Position numbers and translations under genes: made by a program. Below are positions 54,819-56,875 of a stretch of DNA of 56,875 nt, piece after piece; the first letter of the stretch is position 1; each line of letters begins with the position of its first letter. The notes under the pieces were generated by a model. The model saw nothing but the letters and a program-made list of their open reading frames with translations, was not told the DNA's origin and did no database searches. The stretch comes from an uncultured Gemmatimonadota bacterium (GTDB lineage Bacteria > Gemmatimonadota > Gemmatimonadetes > Gemmatimonadales > GWC2-71-9). The stretch spans positions 1-56,875 of the forward strand of contig CALGOK010000144.1 of assembly GCA_937961295.1 (NCBI GenBank), written 5' to 3'.

Positions 54819-55745
54819 TCAGCCCCCCACCACACACCGCAGCGCCGGCGCGATCATCGGAACATGATTGCGCCCCACCACCACGAACACCCGCTCGCCG
54901 TTCTGCGCCTCGGCGGCGATCATCCGCGCCATGTGCAGGTTGCGGAACTCGCTCGACACCCGATTGATCTTCTTGGTGATCGGCACGTCGACGGTGTCAC
55001 TGCCCATCTGCGGGCCGAACCACGATTGCGGCACCATGCGCCAGTCGGCCGGCTCGCTCCAGCGACGGCGATAGGCGGCCTCCAGTTCCGTAATCGTGGC
55101 GAAGGTGCCGTCGAATCCCTTGAACATCTTCCCGGTCATCTCGAGCAGTCGTGCCGTCTGCGCCTCGACCTCCTCCAGGCTCGACCCGGTGCCGCGCAGG
55201 CGCGCTGCTTCGCGCAGCACGAAGAAGAGCTTCACCTCTTCCGGCGTGAAGTGCGCGAGGGTCGCGTTGACCTCTTCCTGGGGGTTGGGTTCGAGCCGCG
55301 CGATCCGGGCGCCGTCGCGGCGCGCGAGGAATCGGAGGTATCCCGACTCGCCGGTGGTGCGGATGGTCTCGACGCCGTCGGCGGCGATGTCGCGGTTGGG
55401 TCCCTCGTAGAACACCACGGTCGCCCCCGCCGCCGCCCACGCCGAGTCGAGCTCGGCGAACTGGGGGTGCTCGGGATCGCGGCTGTGGCTCGCGCCGAAG
55501 AGGTGGATCGTTCCCGGACCGGTCCCCCGGAGGGTCTCGCGCCAGACCGCGGTCGCCTCGTACTCGGTGAACCAGGTGGCGTAGCCCCGGAGCGAGGCCT
55601 TGCAGGCGCCGAGCGGGTCGGCCTCCTGAGCCGCGAGGGGCGACAGGGCGAGGGATGCCCCGAGCGCAGCGAGGGGAGCGAGGATGGCGGCGCGAATCGG
55701 GACCAAGTTCGGACTCCGAACAGGAGGTGACGGGGGACGGGTCAC
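54819..55745 (-). CDS. Secreted protein, possibly TraB/GumN (Tiki-like) family
   Basis: IHLFGASHSRD and ERVFVVVGRNHVPMI resemble the two His-containing motifs of GumN/TraB proteins. The GTG start at 55745 lies inside a G-rich heptamer array. TTG 55706 (with GGAG 7 nt upstream) is a plausible alternative. Confidence 0.55.
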   Translation of the reverse strand: MTRPPSPPVRSPNLVPIRAAILAPLAALGASLALSPLAAQEADPLGACKASLRGYATWFTEYEATAVWRETLRGTGPGTIHLFGASHSRDPEHPQFAELDSAWAAAGATVVFYEGPNRDIAADGVETIRTTGESGYLRFLARRDGARIARLEPNPQEEVNATLAHFTPEEVKLFFVLREAARLRGTGSSLEEVEAQTARLLEMTGKMFKGFDGTFATITELEAAYRRRWSEPADWRMVPQSWFGPQMGSDTVDVPITKKINRVSSEFRNLHMARMIAAEAQNGERVFVVVGRNHVPMIAPALRCVVGG

Positions 55746-55971
55746 GGGTCACAGGGGACGGGTGACGGGGAGGCTGTACGTTTCAGAGTGGGACTTTGGT
55801 TTCAAGGACCCCCTCCGCCCAAACGGAGGTATGTTATGGAAGTCCGGCCCCCTCCCGACGCCTCATCGGAGCGTGCCTGCCATGCACCGTCTCACTCCGC
55901 TGATTCTTCCGACTGCGCAGCCCCGCCGCGGCCTGGCCCTTGGTGCCATGTCGCGGCGGAATTCTTTCAGG

Positions 55972-56036
55972 GATCGGAGATCAGAGATCGGAGATCGGAG
56001 AATGCAACTCTGATCTCCGATCTCCGTTCTCCGATC
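55972..56036. repeat. Imperfect long hairpin built from tandem GGAGATC-like heptamers
   Basis: GATCGGAGATCAGAGATCGGAGATCGGAGA-atgcaac-TCTGATCTCCGATCTCCGTTCTCCGATC has a 13-bp perfect core (GAGATCGGAGATC). It lies 29 nt upstream of ATG 56065. Confidence 0.7.
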
Positions 56037-56064
56037 TCGGCATTCACCTCTTCAGGAGGCACCA

Positions 56065-56547
56065 ATGAGCACAATACCGCTGGTGGACCTCGAGCAGGTT
56101 GACCCGAACGAGTGGGTGGTGGTCAACGAGGAGGTCACCGGCAGTCACACGCACGGGATGGTGAACTTCGAGGACGATCATCTGGTGTTGCACGGCGAGT
56201 TCGAGACCGATGGTGCCAACTCCACGTCGGTGCGCTCGCGCTCACTGCTCTCCCCGCTCAGTTCGGTGAACGGGATCGGGTTGATGGTCCGCGGCGATGG
56301 CCGCGAGTACCACTGCGATCTCCGCATCGAGGCCGAGGACGGCGAGGCGACGACCTGGACGGCGATCTTCGAGACGATGGCGGGCCAGGTGAGCGAGGTG
56401 CGGCTGCCGCTGGCGGCGTTCCGCACCGCCGACGGGCGGACCGCCGGCGAGGGCTTCCCCGACGGGATCCACTCGATCGGGTTCACGCTGGCCGACGGGC
56501 ACCACGGAGAGTTCAGGCTGGAAGTGCTGGCGGTGGTCGGGTACTAG
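56065..56547 (+). CDS. CIA30-domain (complex I intermediate-associated protein 30-like) protein
   Basis: AGGAGG lies 5 nt upstream of the ATG. VNEEVTGSHTHGMVNFEDDHLVLHGEF...GIGLMVRGDGREYHCDLR...IHSIGFTL fits the CIA30 beta-sandwich pattern. Confidence 0.75.
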   Translation: MSTIPLVDLEQVDPNEWVVVNEEVTGSHTHGMVNFEDDHLVLHGEFETDGANSTSVRSRSLLSPLSSVNGIGLMVRGDGREYHCDLRIEAEDGEATTWTAIFETMAGQVSEVRLPLAAFRTADGRTAGEGFPDGIHSIGFTLADGHHGEFRLEVLAVVGY

Positions 56548-56609
56548 GCGACGACGCGAGGCCTGCCCCGAGCGAAGCGAGGGGGCGAAGGGCGAGGGCC
56601 GAAGGGCGA

Positions 56610-56640
56610 GGGGCGGCGCATTTGCCGCCCTGTTTTCTGT
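56610..56640 (+). terminator. Rho-independent-type terminator
   Basis: GGGCGGC (56611-56617) pairs with GCCGCCC (56624-56630), followed by TGTTTTCTGT. It lies downstream of the CIA30 gene. Confidence 0.6.
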
Positions 56641-56720
56641 CCAGCTATTCGCGGCAGCGACAGATCAACGCTAGACTCACGGGGAACGCCCCTCGCCTCG
56701 CAGCAACCAGGAAGGTCGTC

Positions 56721-56875
56721 ATGCCGGTCCCCGCCTACGCAGCGTTTGACGCGACGTCGCCCCTCAAGCCCCACACCATCGAGCGCCGCGCGCCCGGTGA
56801 CAAGGACGTGGCCATCGACATCACCCACTGCGGTGTCTGCCACTCCGACCTCCACTTCGCGCGTGGCGAGTGGTT
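56721..56875 (+). CDS. Zn-dependent alcohol dehydrogenase (MDR family), N-terminal fragment running off the window
   Basis: MPVPAYAAFDATSPLKPHTIERRAPGDKDVAIDITHCGVCHSDLH carries the GHE/CGVCHSD zinc motif. Confidence 0.85.
   Translation, partial: MPVPAYAAFDATSPLKPHTIERRAPGDKDVAIDITHCGVCHSDLHFARGEW

Overview
High-GC (about 68-70% by eye, not computed) bacterial chromosomal segment. The gene content is four Ser/Thr kinase-TPR proteins, a kinase-coupled ECF sigma factor and many lipoproteins. That suggests a Gemmatimonadota/Acidobacteriota-like organism, which is inference only. No rRNA, tRNA, CRISPR array, integrase or transposase was recognised.

Two visibly lower-GC accessory islands interrupt the core.

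Island 1 (about 3.87-10.37 kb) carries a translationally coupled three-gene operon. It is led by a GHKL (MORC/Hsp90-like) ATPase and has two partners with no motif I recognise. An EcoRII-type module follows on the same strand: an HTH-fused Dcm methyltransferase, Vsr and an EcoRII-like endonuclease. The GHKL operon is my best candidate for an undescribed defence-type system.

Island 2 (about 23.1-27.5 kb) carries a SAMHD1-like HD-domain phosphohydrolase whose TGA stop overlaps the GTG start of a small ORF. It also carries a second R-M pair: an HTH-fused C5 methyltransferase and a small PD-(D/E)XK endonuclease, tail to tail with no gap. A DUF2779-like nuclease/exonuclease gene lies next to this island.

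The core is saturated with a nested-palindrome repeat superfamily with termini GTCA(C/T)CCCGAG. There are about 20 units. Most abut gene 3' ends, none lies in the two islands, and one half-unit sits in frame inside a MATE transporter gene.

Other notable items:
- hairpins and arrays built from tandem heptamers just upstream of start codons
- a DUF1697 gene with an in-frame TAG
- a decaying tandem duplication of a barrel-like lipoprotein plus glycine-zipper protein cassette
- a HigB/Gp49-XRE toxin-antitoxin pair with operator palindromes
- a GIY-YIG gene sandwiched between repeat clusters

All start codons are inferred. The ORF track appears to use GTG and TTG as starts as well as ATG. No database search was possible, so every family assignment rests on motifs I recognise by eye.
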